From the NCBI GenBank assembly GCA_030431375.1, contig JAUIIY010000002.1:143910-207909 (forward strand): a stretch of DNA of 64,000 nucleotides, read 5' to 3'. The notes beneath the pieces were generated by a model. The model saw nothing but the letters and a program-made list of their open reading frames with translations, made no database searches and was not told where the DNA came from. A program made the position numbers and the translations under genes. Positions 46,906 to 55,953 of the stretch are shown here, one piece after another (the first letter of the stretch is position 1; every line of letters starts with the position of its first letter). This DNA is from Alphaproteobacteria bacterium. GTDB lineage: Bacteria > Pseudomonadota > Alphaproteobacteria > Rickettsiales > JABSSG01.

Positions 46906-47864
46906 CTGAAATTATTTTTAAATTTTTTCATTACTCTTTGTGAGTAAGCGTTTATATAAAAAGTGAGTAATAACAAACATAAAGCCAAAACAAAGCATGC
47001 TAGAATCGCAGGGCTATCAAACTCCTGATCACCTGACACTAGAGAGACGATCTGAGTTGTTATCGTGGTGAGTGATTCAAAAGGGTTCAGGGTTGTTTTG
47101 GCAACCAATCCTGCAGCCATTGTTACGATCATTGTTTCGCCTATTGCACGAGATACAGCTAGCATAATAACGGCCAAAATACCCCATTTTGCTGTTGGTA
47201 AGGTCATGTTAATTATAGTCTCGGATTCAGTGGCTCCTAGGGCAAAAGATGCTCGTTTTTGATGGTCTGGTACATCTTGAAGAACATCATATACAAGTGA
47301 GATGATATAGGGTGTAACCATTATACCCATCACGATTCCTGCTGTTAAAGCATTTTCCTGGGAGCTTTCAATTCCTATATAATCGGCAAAATTCTTTACT
47401 AATGGTGCAACAAAAATAATGGCAAAATATCCAAAAACTACAGTGGGTATTCCAGCTATTAACTCAATAAACGGTTTTATGAGAGTGCGAGCTTTTTTAC
47501 CACACAACTCCGACAAGTAAATAGCGCTAAAAACAGCAAATGGTGAAAAAAAGAAAATTGCTATAAACATTATCAGCAAGGTTCCGTTTAAGAGTGGTAA
47601 GATTCCATAAGAAGGCTCATGTGAAGATAGAGGATTCCAGTCAAGACTAAAAAAACTAGCAATTGGAACTTTTGAAAAAAAGATGACAGTTTTTGAGAGC
47701 AAGATATATATGATATAAAAAGATATCATGACTACTGCTACTGTAGTCAAATATAGAATTATCTCTAAGATTTTTTCAGAAAAATCCCTGTATTTAACAG
47801 TTTTCAAACATGCAATTACTAACAAAGATAAGAATAAAAAGGTTGAAATAAGATATTCAGCCAC
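46902..47864 (-). CDS. pstC: Phosphate ABC transporter permease PstC
   Basis: 320 aa with a GTG start. Motifs ALGATESETI and SRAIGETMIVTMAAG. 4-nt overlap with pstA. Confidence 0.9.
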   Translation of the reverse strand: MAEYLISTFLFLSLLVIACLKTVKYRDFSEKILEIILYLTTVAVVMISFYIIYILLSKTVIFFSKVPIASFFSLDWNPLSSHEPSYGILPLLNGTLLIMFIAIFFFSPFAVFSAIYLSELCGKKARTLIKPFIELIAGIPTVVFGYFAIIFVAPLVKNFADYIGIESSQENALTAGIVMGIMVTPYIISLVYDVLQDVPDHQKRASFALGATESETIINMTLPTAKWGILAVIMLAVSRAIGETMIVTMAAGLVAKTTLNPFESLTTITTQIVSLVSGDQEFDSPAILACFVLALCLLLLTFYINAYSQRVMKKFKNNFR

Positions 47865-47893
47865 CAGATTGACCAGCCATTAGTTCCAACAAC

Positions 47894-47931
47894 ATTATAA
47901 GAACAAAAAACAAAATTGTTAGAAAATTGTT
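47894..47931 (-). promoter_or_regulatory. Candidate pst promoter: TATAAT -10 with an 11-bp-period direct repeat over the -35 position
   Basis: On the minus strand, AACAATTTT occurs twice (plus-strand 47923..47931 and 47912..47920), exactly 11 bp apart. TATAAT (47894..47899) follows, with the -35 window falling inside the proximal repeat. The pstC GTG is about 30 nt downstream of the -10. Confidence 0.4.
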
Positions 47932-47950
47932 ATAACAACCTTGAGTTTCT

Positions 47951-49822
47951 TTATGATTTTTCTAAAACTTGCGTTAAAAAGTTACTCATTCTCTCGGAAA
48001 ATTCCTTTGGACTCTGAACAGGTTCACCTTCAACCACACAGGCTTGATCAAATAATATCTTTACCAAATTTTCAGTTGTTTTGTTGCCTGGACCTGCTTT
48101 CAATTCGGAAGCGATGAATTGAAAGATTGGGTGCTCAGCGTTAATCTCAAAAATTTTTGCCGAGGATTCTTTTAATTGCTTCTGCTCTATTAGGTAACGT
48201 TCCATCCTGATATCCAGAGCGCCTTCCTTCACTGCAATACATGCTGGTGTTGAGAGTAATTTTTTAGAGATTTTCACATCGGATACCAAATTTCCTAGGA
48301 CCCTTTTACAATATTCTACCAGTCCTTTTGGTTCTTCAGGGGTTTTATCTTTTTCTTTTTTGTCATCTTTCTTATTCTCTTCACCCAAGTCAATATCTGA
48401 TCTTGTGATAGATTTAAGGCTCTTATCTTTATATTGATGTACTACACTAACCCAGAAATCGTCGACTGTATCACACAAGAATAAAACGTCTATATCCCTT
48501 TTTTCGAAAGCTTCGAGTTGAGGGTGTTGTTTTAATTTTTCGTAATCCCCTCCACTTATGTAAAAGATCTCATTTTGCTGTTCCTTCATATTTTGAACAT
48601 ATTCAGCAAGAGAAATATAATTATCGGACTTTGAATGTCTAAATATACATAAATCAATTAAGTTTTCGGGCACGTTCAGACTTTCACATAGGCCTTCTTT
48701 TAATACTGGCCCAAAATTGTTCCAGAATTTAATATATTCTTCTTTATCGCTTTTTAGTTTTTTCTCTAAAGAATTAACAACCTTCTTTGCAATGGAATTT
48801 TTAATTGATTCAATGATATTGTTATGTTGAAGATTTTCACGGCTAATGTTTAACGGTAAGTCTTCTGAATCTACAACACCCCTCAGAAACCGCATATATT
48901 GCGGAACAATATCTATTCCTTCGTCATTAATAAATACTCTTTTAATATATAATTTTACTCTCCTTACTCTATCTGGGTGGTACATGTCAAAAGTTGGGTT
49001 GGATGGGATAAATAGCAAATTGGTAAATTGCACTTTTCCTTCATTGACATTGTGAAGTGTCATCCATGGTTTATCACCGGCAGAAGCTATTTTTTTGTAA
49101 AATTCTTCATATTGTTCGTCAGTAATATCACTTTTTTGTTTAGTCCATAGGGCTGAAGAACTATTTAAGATTTTTTCTTTATCTACTTCCGAAGAATAAA
49201 AGCTAATAGGAATGGAAATGTGATCTGAGTAGGTACTAACAATATGGCTTATTCTAAATCTATCTAGATATTGTTCTTCATTATCTTTTATTTTTATAAC
49301 AATTTCAGTTCCTCTTTCAGTGAAATCATTATTTTCTTCTATGCTAAAATTTGTATCACCTTTGGAATACCATGTCCAGGCAGTCTTCTCTCCAGCTTTC
49401 ATTGTGTGGACCCAAACTTCTGTGGCCACCATAAAAACCGCATAGAAGCCTACGCCAAATTGTCCGATTAGTTCAACATCTTTACTTTCGTCACCGCTAA
49501 GTTGATCAAGAAATCTCTTTGTTCCGGAGCTTGCAATGGTTCCAAGATTATCAATCAAATCCTGTTTACTCATTCCAATGCCGTTATCTTTTATTTTTAG
49601 TAACTTTTTTTCCTTATCTACAGATATTGAAATTTTAAATGGACTATCATCATCTAGCAGATCAGGTTTTTTGTTGGATTCATATCTTAATTTATCACAA
49701 GCATCAGAAGCGTTTGAAATCAATTCTCTCAAGAAAATATCCTTATTTGTGTATAAAGAATGTATCATCAGGTGTAATATTTTATCTACCTGTGCATCAA
49801 AATTTCTGGTTTCTTTACTCAT
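47951..49822 (-). CDS. htpG: Chaperone HtpG (Hsp90)
   Basis: 623 aa. Motifs ELISNASDACDKLRY and GQFGVGFYAVFMV. Confidence 0.97.
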   Translation of the reverse strand: MSKETRNFDAQVDKILHLMIHSLYTNKDIFLRELISNASDACDKLRYESNKKPDLLDDDSPFKISISVDKEKKLLKIKDNGIGMSKQDLIDNLGTIASSGTKRFLDQLSGDESKDVELIGQFGVGFYAVFMVATEVWVHTMKAGEKTAWTWYSKGDTNFSIEENNDFTERGTEIVIKIKDNEEQYLDRFRISHIVSTYSDHISIPISFYSSEVDKEKILNSSSALWTKQKSDITDEQYEEFYKKIASAGDKPWMTLHNVNEGKVQFTNLLFIPSNPTFDMYHPDRVRRVKLYIKRVFINDEGIDIVPQYMRFLRGVVDSEDLPLNISRENLQHNNIIESIKNSIAKKVVNSLEKKLKSDKEEYIKFWNNFGPVLKEGLCESLNVPENLIDLCIFRHSKSDNYISLAEYVQNMKEQQNEIFYISGGDYEKLKQHPQLEAFEKRDIDVLFLCDTVDDFWVSVVHQYKDKSLKSITRSDIDLGEENKKDDKKEKDKTPEEPKGLVEYCKRVLGNLVSDVKISKKLLSTPACIAVKEGALDIRMERYLIEQKQLKESSAKIFEINAEHPIFQFIASELKAGPGNKTTENLVKILFDQACVVEGEPVQSPKEFSERMSNFLTQVLEKS

Positions 49823-49856
49823 ATGTGATCCATAATTGTTACTTAGCTGTACTAAG

Positions 49857-49884
49857 ATTTATGTATAAAAAAAACTTTTTCAAG
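49857..49884 (-). promoter_or_regulatory. Possible heat-shock (RpoH-type) or sigma70 promoter of htpG
   Basis: The minus strand reads CTTGAAA..(CTTG-N17)..CATAAAT. The -35 matches sigma32 CTTGAAA well, but the -10 is a weak match to CYTATNT. TTGAAA plus an AT-rich -10 could equally serve sigma70. Confidence 0.3.
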
Positions 49885-49944
49885 CAGGTGGATATACTTT
49901 TTTATGGGTTTTATATATAATCCACTTGATAATTTTGTAAAAAG

Positions 49945-51903
49945 ATGAAAAATTTTTTATATTTTTTAACAGTTTTCTTATTGCTTTCGTTTAAAAACAA
50001 TGTTTTTGCAGCAGAATGTGATGCAGTGCAACAAGCACTAGATAAAAATTGGGACAGGTCACTATTCTGTGCAGCAAAGTTAAAAAATAAAGATGTTATC
50101 AAAACTGTAAAGTGGTTGCGGTATAGGGAGCCGGGTAATCAATACACATTTAAAGAAATAACCAGTTTCATTTACCAGAATCCTCATTTGCCTGATATGT
50201 CCCAGTTGAGGGCAAATGCAGAAAATCTAATAGATTATAATACAGACTCAAAAGATCTAAAAACTTGGTTCCAGAGGTATCATCCAACTCAACCAAATGG
50301 TTTTAAGAATTTTGTAAGAGTAGTCAAAACAACTAGCCCCAAATATGGTGATGCCATCAGGAAAGCTTGGATATATGGGGAATTTGGCCCAGACGAACAA
50401 AAGGAGTTTTACCAAAAGAATAAAAAATATTTCCAAAAAAATGATAATTATAAAAAGGTAGATTTACTACTCTGGAATAAAAAAACAAAAATTGACCCAT
50501 TTTTAATAGGTTTACTTACACCCGATGAAAGAAAGCTTGTGAATGCACGCATTTCACTTCTTAAGAATCATAGAAACATGGCGCAGATTATGAAGTCTGT
50601 TCCAAAAAAATACTACAAAAGTGCTAGTTTGCTATATGCAAAATCGATGTGGTACAAGAAAAGAGGAAGGGAACATAAATTGGCAAAATTGCTTATCGAT
50701 AATGAAAAAAATATATATATGCACTTAGACAGGTGGGCAAGACTCAGATTGGTTCTGGTATCACATCTGATTGATAGTGCAGATTATAAACTTGCTTACA
50801 GAATTATTTCCCAACACAGGTTTAAAAGCTTAATTAACTATGTTGATGCAGAGTGGGTGGCTGGAAAGTTAGCTTACTTATATTTAGGAGATTATGAAAA
50901 GGCGGCAAAACATTTTCAGAATTTGCTAAATAAGTCAAAATTCTCAGTGAGCAGATCAAAAGGAGCTTATTGGTTGGCAAGAGCTTATTACCGTCTTGGT
51001 GAGCGACAAAAAGCTTATGATACATATAAGATAGCAGCTATGTATCCTGACACGTTCTACGGACAACTTGCCACAATGAAAATCCAGAAAAATCGCACTA
51101 TAAATTTACCGGCTTTGCCTCAAATCACGGAAGAGGATATAAAATGGGCAAATAAGAATGACTTAGTTCAAATAAGCAAAATTTTATCTGAAAAGAATAA
51201 GCATATATATGCAAGAAAATTTATCGCCCAAGCTATTATTAAGGCACCGTCCCCTTCGAAGAAATATTTACTTACAAAAACGGGCCATAACATAAAAAAA
51301 AGAAGCATTTCAGTAGTAGCTGGTCGTGAAATGGCTAGAAGGGGTATGTTCGAAAGAAAATATTCTTACCCGCTAAAAGACTTTGGATTGCCATATAAAA
51401 TTGAATTAGCTTTGGTGAATTCAATAATCCGGCAGGAGAGCGAATTTGATCAATATGCAAGAAGCTCAGCTGGGGCAATGGGTTTAATGCAGTTAATCTA
51501 TCCTACGGCGAAATATGTAGGTAAAAAATTAAAAAGAAATTTTAATAAAACACATTTACTTAAATACCCAAAACTAAATGCCAGATTTGGTTCCTATTAT
51601 TTGTCTGAGCTGATTGATCGTTATAAAGGATCATATGTTTTGGCAATTGCGGCGTATAATGCGGGGCCCGGCAATGTAGATAAGTGGATTACCCGATATG
51701 GGGATCCTAGAAAAACAAATAATTATAATGTTGTTGTTGGTTGGATAGAGAAGATTCCTTTCTACGAAACAAGGAGTTACGTTCAGAATGTCTTAAGCAA
51801 TTTGCAAGTCTACAGGAGTATCATAAGAAACAGAAACTCCCAGCAAATAATAGTTAATTTGGATTATGACCTGATTCGAAAGAGTAACAAAAAACTGCTC
51901 TAG
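49945..51903 (+). CDS. slt: Soluble lytic murein transglycosylase (Slt70-like)
   Basis: 652 aa. Signal peptide, a superhelical N-terminal region, and a C-terminal SLT domain with catalytic Glu in RQESEFDQYARSSAGAMGLMQL and AAYNAGPGNV. Confidence 0.9.
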   Translation: MKNFLYFLTVFLLLSFKNNVFAAECDAVQQALDKNWDRSLFCAAKLKNKDVIKTVKWLRYREPGNQYTFKEITSFIYQNPHLPDMSQLRANAENLIDYNTDSKDLKTWFQRYHPTQPNGFKNFVRVVKTTSPKYGDAIRKAWIYGEFGPDEQKEFYQKNKKYFQKNDNYKKVDLLLWNKKTKIDPFLIGLLTPDERKLVNARISLLKNHRNMAQIMKSVPKKYYKSASLLYAKSMWYKKRGREHKLAKLLIDNEKNIYMHLDRWARLRLVLVSHLIDSADYKLAYRIISQHRFKSLINYVDAEWVAGKLAYLYLGDYEKAAKHFQNLLNKSKFSVSRSKGAYWLARAYYRLGERQKAYDTYKIAAMYPDTFYGQLATMKIQKNRTINLPALPQITEEDIKWANKNDLVQISKILSEKNKHIYARKFIAQAIIKAPSPSKKYLLTKTGHNIKKRSISVVAGREMARRGMFERKYSYPLKDFGLPYKIELALVNSIIRQESEFDQYARSSAGAMGLMQLIYPTAKYVGKKLKRNFNKTHLLKYPKLNARFGSYYLSELIDRYKGSYVLAIAAYNAGPGNVDKWITRYGDPRKTNNYNVVVGWIEKIPFYETRSYVQNVLSNLQVYRSIIRNRNSQQIIVNLDYDLIRKSNKKLL

Positions 51904-52166
51904 GTCACCGGTTCAGTCTTGTCCATAGAAATGGACTGAAAATTCTTAATTTTTCTAGTGATTTTTTTCTTTTCATCATCCCAAAGATAGTGCACCGTAG
52001 TGGCTTTATATTCTGTTATTATTATTTCTCCGTTTGGCAGTTGCATAACGTCGCTTCCGTGCTTGAGGGCATTTGTAATTATCTCTGAAGAGGCGCAAAT
52101 ATATGCAGGGTTAGCTAAAATATCGGTGTTATCATCATCTGCGGCTGATGCATATTTCTTAATCAT
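51900..52166 (-). CDS. Hypothetical small protein
   Basis: 88-aa ORF filling the slt-phr gap. No motif I can name. The antisense ORF 52000..52218 looks less protein-like. Confidence 0.4.
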   Translation of the reverse strand: MIKKYASAADDDNTDILANPAYICASSEIITNALKHGSDVMQLPNGEIIITEYKATTVHYLWDDEKKKITRKIKNFQSISMDKTEPVT

Positions 52167-52248
52167 GAAAAAGACCCATTTTTGTATCCATTCTTCTACC
52201 CATACTACTATTTTCTAATAATATCAAATCTAAAGTTACTTTTTTTCG

Positions 52249-53631
52249 TTAAAGAGCTTTAAATTTCTGCAGAGCCTTTATCCTAGCATCTTCATGGCTA
52301 ACTATAGGTGTTGGATAGTCTGCATACAGATGCGCTTCAGAATGAATTTTAGACGGTCCTACGTCCATAAGGATGGGTAAATATTTTTTTATATATTCAC
52401 CATTTGGGTCAAATTTCTTGCTCTGCAAATATGGGTTAAATATTCTAAAATAGGGTTGTGCATCAAACCCGGTAGAGGCCGCCCATTGCCATCCTCCTAC
52501 ATTTGAAGATTGTTCATAATCCATCAAATATTGGGCGAATATTTTTTCACCTATACGCCAATCAAGAAATAAATGTTTGGTAAAAAAGCTGGCTACTACC
52601 ATCCTAGCCCTATTATGCATCCAACCTTCTTTATAGAGTTGCGACATTGCGGCATCCACAATCGGATATCCGGTTTTGCATGAGCGAAATTTCTCAAGAT
52701 ATGTCTCCGAATTATTCCAATTAATGTTGCGATATTGTTTGTTAAATTCTTGGTTAGTAATTTCGGGGTGGTGGAATAAGGCGACTGCATAAAATTCTCG
52801 CCACAATAATTCATTGATCCAGGCGAAAGAATTTTCGTGCTTTAAGGCAAAATCCAGACATTGTCGTATTGATATAAAACCAAATCTTAGATATGGGGAA
52901 AACTTACTCGTCCCATCAATGCACAAAAAATCTCTTTTATTTTTATAATCTGAAATTTTTTCTGCGAATTTTTCTATGTCTCTTGAGTCAAATTTTGCAC
53001 TCCATGGTGAATAATTTGTTGTCTCGTAGCCAATAATACTAAGATTCTCTCCTTTGGTTTTGTTAAGGTCTATGGACCATCTAGTGGAACCTATTTCTAT
53101 ATTTGAAAATTCTACATTTTGATGGAAAAATGATATTTTTGAGGCCTTGATCTTTTGAAATAGTTTTTTAGCAAAAGGTGTAAAAACCTGATAAATTGTG
53201 CCGTCTTCCTTGGTAGTTTCTTGTGGTGGAAAGATTAAATGGTCGTTATCCAGGCAAAAATTAACTCCCATTTGTTTGCAAATATCTAAGATTTTTCTAT
53301 CTCTACTGAAATCATAAGCTTCATAGCCTAAGGCTGCTAGTAGGTGTGAGGCTTTTGTTGCTTTTAATATGGATGGGATTACAGTTTCAGGATCGCCAAA
53401 GTAGATGTTTAATTTAGAGCCTTGAAGCCTTAATAGTTCATTCAAATGAACTAGCCTATCATATATAAAACTAATTCTTCTATCATTTTTTGACGGGAAT
53501 TCTTTTAGAATATTGCTGTCAAAAATAAAAATTATATGTGATTTGGCCTTTAACTTCTTCAATGCCGAGAAGACGTAACTATCGTCTAAGCGTAAATCCC
53601 TTCTAAGCCAAATAATTGCTCTATTTTGCAT
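52249..53631 (-). CDS. phrB: Deoxyribodipyrimidine photolyase (class I CPD photolyase/cryptochrome family)
   Basis: 460 aa. Motifs IIWLRRDLRLDDS, TSKFSPYLRFGFISIRQ, WREFY, GWMHNRARMVVASF and GGWQWAASTGFDAQPYFRIFNP. Confidence 0.94.
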   Translation of the reverse strand: MQNRAIIWLRRDLRLDDSYVFSALKKLKAKSHIIFIFDSNILKEFPSKNDRRISFIYDRLVHLNELLRLQGSKLNIYFGDPETVIPSILKATKASHLLAALGYEAYDFSRDRKILDICKQMGVNFCLDNDHLIFPPQETTKEDGTIYQVFTPFAKKLFQKIKASKISFFHQNVEFSNIEIGSTRWSIDLNKTKGENLSIIGYETTNYSPWSAKFDSRDIEKFAEKISDYKNKRDFLCIDGTSKFSPYLRFGFISIRQCLDFALKHENSFAWINELLWREFYAVALFHHPEITNQEFNKQYRNINWNNSETYLEKFRSCKTGYPIVDAAMSQLYKEGWMHNRARMVVASFFTKHLFLDWRIGEKIFAQYLMDYEQSSNVGGWQWAASTGFDAQPYFRIFNPYLQSKKFDPNGEYIKKYLPILMDVGPSKIHSEAHLYADYPTPIVSHEDARIKALQKFKAL

Positions 53632-54748
53632 ATAAATTTTGTATAAGATTATACCACATATTCCTGATCTGTTCTGGTAAGAATTTTTTATACCTTTCTT
53701 TAGATTTTTTTGCCAAATCTTTCATCAAATTGCTATTGCTATTAGCTAATGCTAGTTTGTTATATATATCTTCAATTGAGAAGGGATTGAAATGTAGGGA
53801 TGCTTTACCAGTAATTTCATGAAATACTTCTATATTTGAACAAAGGACTGGTTTACTGAAAGCAAGAGCATCCAAAACTGGTATACCAAAGCCTTCTACC
53901 AGTGACGGCATTATGAAGCAGTAACAATTGTGATAGAGCCATGCGATTTGCTCTTTAGAGAGGTTCTGAAAGTGGAAAAATTTATGGTTATATTTGTTTT
54001 TGAGATAGTGCAAATACTCCACTGACTCTTTATTTTTCCAACCTATATTCCCAACTAATATCAGCGGCTTACATTGCTTTTCCTTTGATAATAAAATTTC
54101 ATAGGCTTTCAGAAGTCTTAGCACATTCTTTTTGGGCTCGAGAGAACTTATTACCAAGAAGAAATCATTTGAAATTTTTATTTCAGGCTTTTCCATTACT
54201 GCATCTTGCATGTTAAATGAAGACGAGCATGGGATAGTTGAGGTTTTTTCCCTCAGATGAGGAAAGAATTTTAAGAAACTTTTCCTTGTAGTGTAGGAGT
54301 TACAGACAAAAAAATTATTTTTTTCTGCTACATTGAAAAAAATGTTGTTTCTAAATAATATATGGCTCAAGAGAGGTACTTTTTTTGGATATTCAATAGG
54401 GATTAAGTCGTGTATTCGCGTAATCTTTTTAGTATCTTCTGAAATTTGATAATTATTGGGATTTTGACAAAAGAAAATATGTGCGTCCGTTGTAGGAATG
54501 TTAACTTTTTTGCCAAACAGCCCGAGAATTTTATTTTTCACAAAATCCAACCCTTTGATTGTCTCCACATCTTTAGGTAAAGGTTTTTTGCTCAAAGCAA
54601 ATTGTCTTATTTTGTAATTCTTATTTTTTTGGAGAAAAAAAAGGATTTGTTGCGAGTCATTAGCAATTCCACAATATGGTCTGTTGAAATTGAAAGATAA
54701 ATCGCAAATTATGTTAATCATATCTTTGAGTTTGTCGTACAGATCCAA
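53621..54748 (-). CDS. Glycosyltransferase, GT-B fold (group 1)
   Basis: 375 aa. C-terminal motif PSLVEGFGIPVLDALAFSKPVLCS. The 3' end overlaps the photolyase start by 11 nt. Confidence 0.8.
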   Translation of the reverse strand: MDLYDKLKDMINIICDLSFNFNRPYCGIANDSQQILFFLQKNKNYKIRQFALSKKPLPKDVETIKGLDFVKNKILGLFGKKVNIPTTDAHIFFCQNPNNYQISEDTKKITRIHDLIPIEYPKKVPLLSHILFRNNIFFNVAEKNNFFVCNSYTTRKSFLKFFPHLREKTSTIPCSSSFNMQDAVMEKPEIKISNDFFLVISSLEPKKNVLRLLKAYEILLSKEKQCKPLILVGNIGWKNKESVEYLHYLKNKYNHKFFHFQNLSKEQIAWLYHNCYCFIMPSLVEGFGIPVLDALAFSKPVLCSNIEVFHEITGKASLHFNPFSIEDIYNKLALANSNSNLMKDLAKKSKERYKKFLPEQIRNMWYNLIQNLYAK

Positions 54749-54762
54749 TGATAGATTAGTTC

Positions 54763-55062
54763 TTACTTAAAGTCTTTATATTTTTTGACTGCTTTTAACA
54801 TCAGTTCTGCGTCTTTATAGCCAGATTTCATTGCTGCTACCCACCATTCTACTGCTTTATCTAGATCTCTCTTTACACCTTTTCCATTATAATATAGCCA
54901 ACCTAAGTCAAACTGAGCCGGAGAAAAACCATCCTCAGCTAATTCCTCTAGCTGTTTTTTGGCAGCCTTAAAATTTCCTAGGGATATCAATATAACAGCA
55001 TCCTGATAGGCTACATATACCTTTTTTGATGGGATATTACACTGTTTCCTTAGTAGATTCAT
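54763..55062 (-). CDS. Sel1-repeat (TPR-like) protein
   Basis: 99 aa. Sel1 repeat signature AQFDLGWLYYNGKGVKRDLDKAVEWWVAAMKSGYKDAE. Confidence 0.8.
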   Translation of the reverse strand: MNLLRKQCNIPSKKVYVAYQDAVILISLGNFKAAKKQLEELAEDGFSPAQFDLGWLYYNGKGVKRDLDKAVEWWVAAMKSGYKDAELMLKAVKKYKDFK

Positions 55063-55209
55063 AATACAATATTGGCAATAAATTTTTCTTTAAAGATGAT
55101 TTGAGAAACTAATATATAGAGCAGTAAAATCAACAAAAACTTGATAAATGTTTTCTTAATCGATTAATAAGTGATATATAGACTTTATAAAAACATGTAA
55201 AGAGAAAAG

Positions 55210-55953
55210 ATGAAAAAACCCTTGATTGGCATAATATTAGATTATGAAAATAAAACAACCAAAGAAGGCGGATATTCTGATTTTCCGTGGTATGCAATCA
55301 GGACTCATTATGAAAAAGCGGTAGCTAAGCACGGGGGTATTCCCTTGCTAATCCCATATCAAAAGGGTTTGATAAATGAGTATGTAAAAATTATGGATGG
55401 GTTTGTTTTTCCTGGTGGAGAATATGATATTGACCCGTCATATTACGGTGAGGCAATGAGTGACCATACGGTTATCTCAACAGATGACAGAACAAACTTT
55501 GAGCTTGCCTTAATGAGTCAAGTTTTGTTAGCAGACAAGCCAATGTTGGGTATTTGTGCTGGGCAGCAGTTACTAAATGTTCTATTGGGAGGAAATTTAT
55601 ATCAAGATATCAACGATGAGGTAGAAACAAAGGTTTTGCATAAGCATAAAAAACCTCAAGACGCGAATGTGCATGATATCAAAATTCTTGAAGGAACTGT
55701 GCTGAGGGGTATTACTGGATGTGATTCATATAAAGTTAATAGCCACCATCATCAGGCTGTTAAGAATCTTGGTAAAGATTTGGTGGTTTGTGCTATTGCA
55801 GAAGATGGCGTGATAGAAGCAATAGAGCATAAGCATAAGAAATTCTGTATAGGCGTGGAATGGCATCCTGAATATGAGAAAAATGAGCAGGATAGTTTAT
55901 TATTTTCGGCATTAATCAGCAAAGCTAGTGATAGATCGAATGCGCCTAAATAA
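55210..55953 (+). CDS. Class-I glutamine amidotransferase-like hydrolase (peptidase C26 / gamma-glutamyl-GABA hydrolase family)
   Basis: 247 aa. Nucleophile elbow LGICAGQQLLN and the His-Glu pair in GVEWHPEY. Confidence 0.85.
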   Translation: MKKPLIGIILDYENKTTKEGGYSDFPWYAIRTHYEKAVAKHGGIPLLIPYQKGLINEYVKIMDGFVFPGGEYDIDPSYYGEAMSDHTVISTDDRTNFELALMSQVLLADKPMLGICAGQQLLNVLLGGNLYQDINDEVETKVLHKHKKPQDANVHDIKILEGTVLRGITGCDSYKVNSHHHQAVKNLGKDLVVCAIAEDGVIEAIEHKHKKFCIGVEWHPEYEKNEQDSLLFSALISKASDRSNAPK

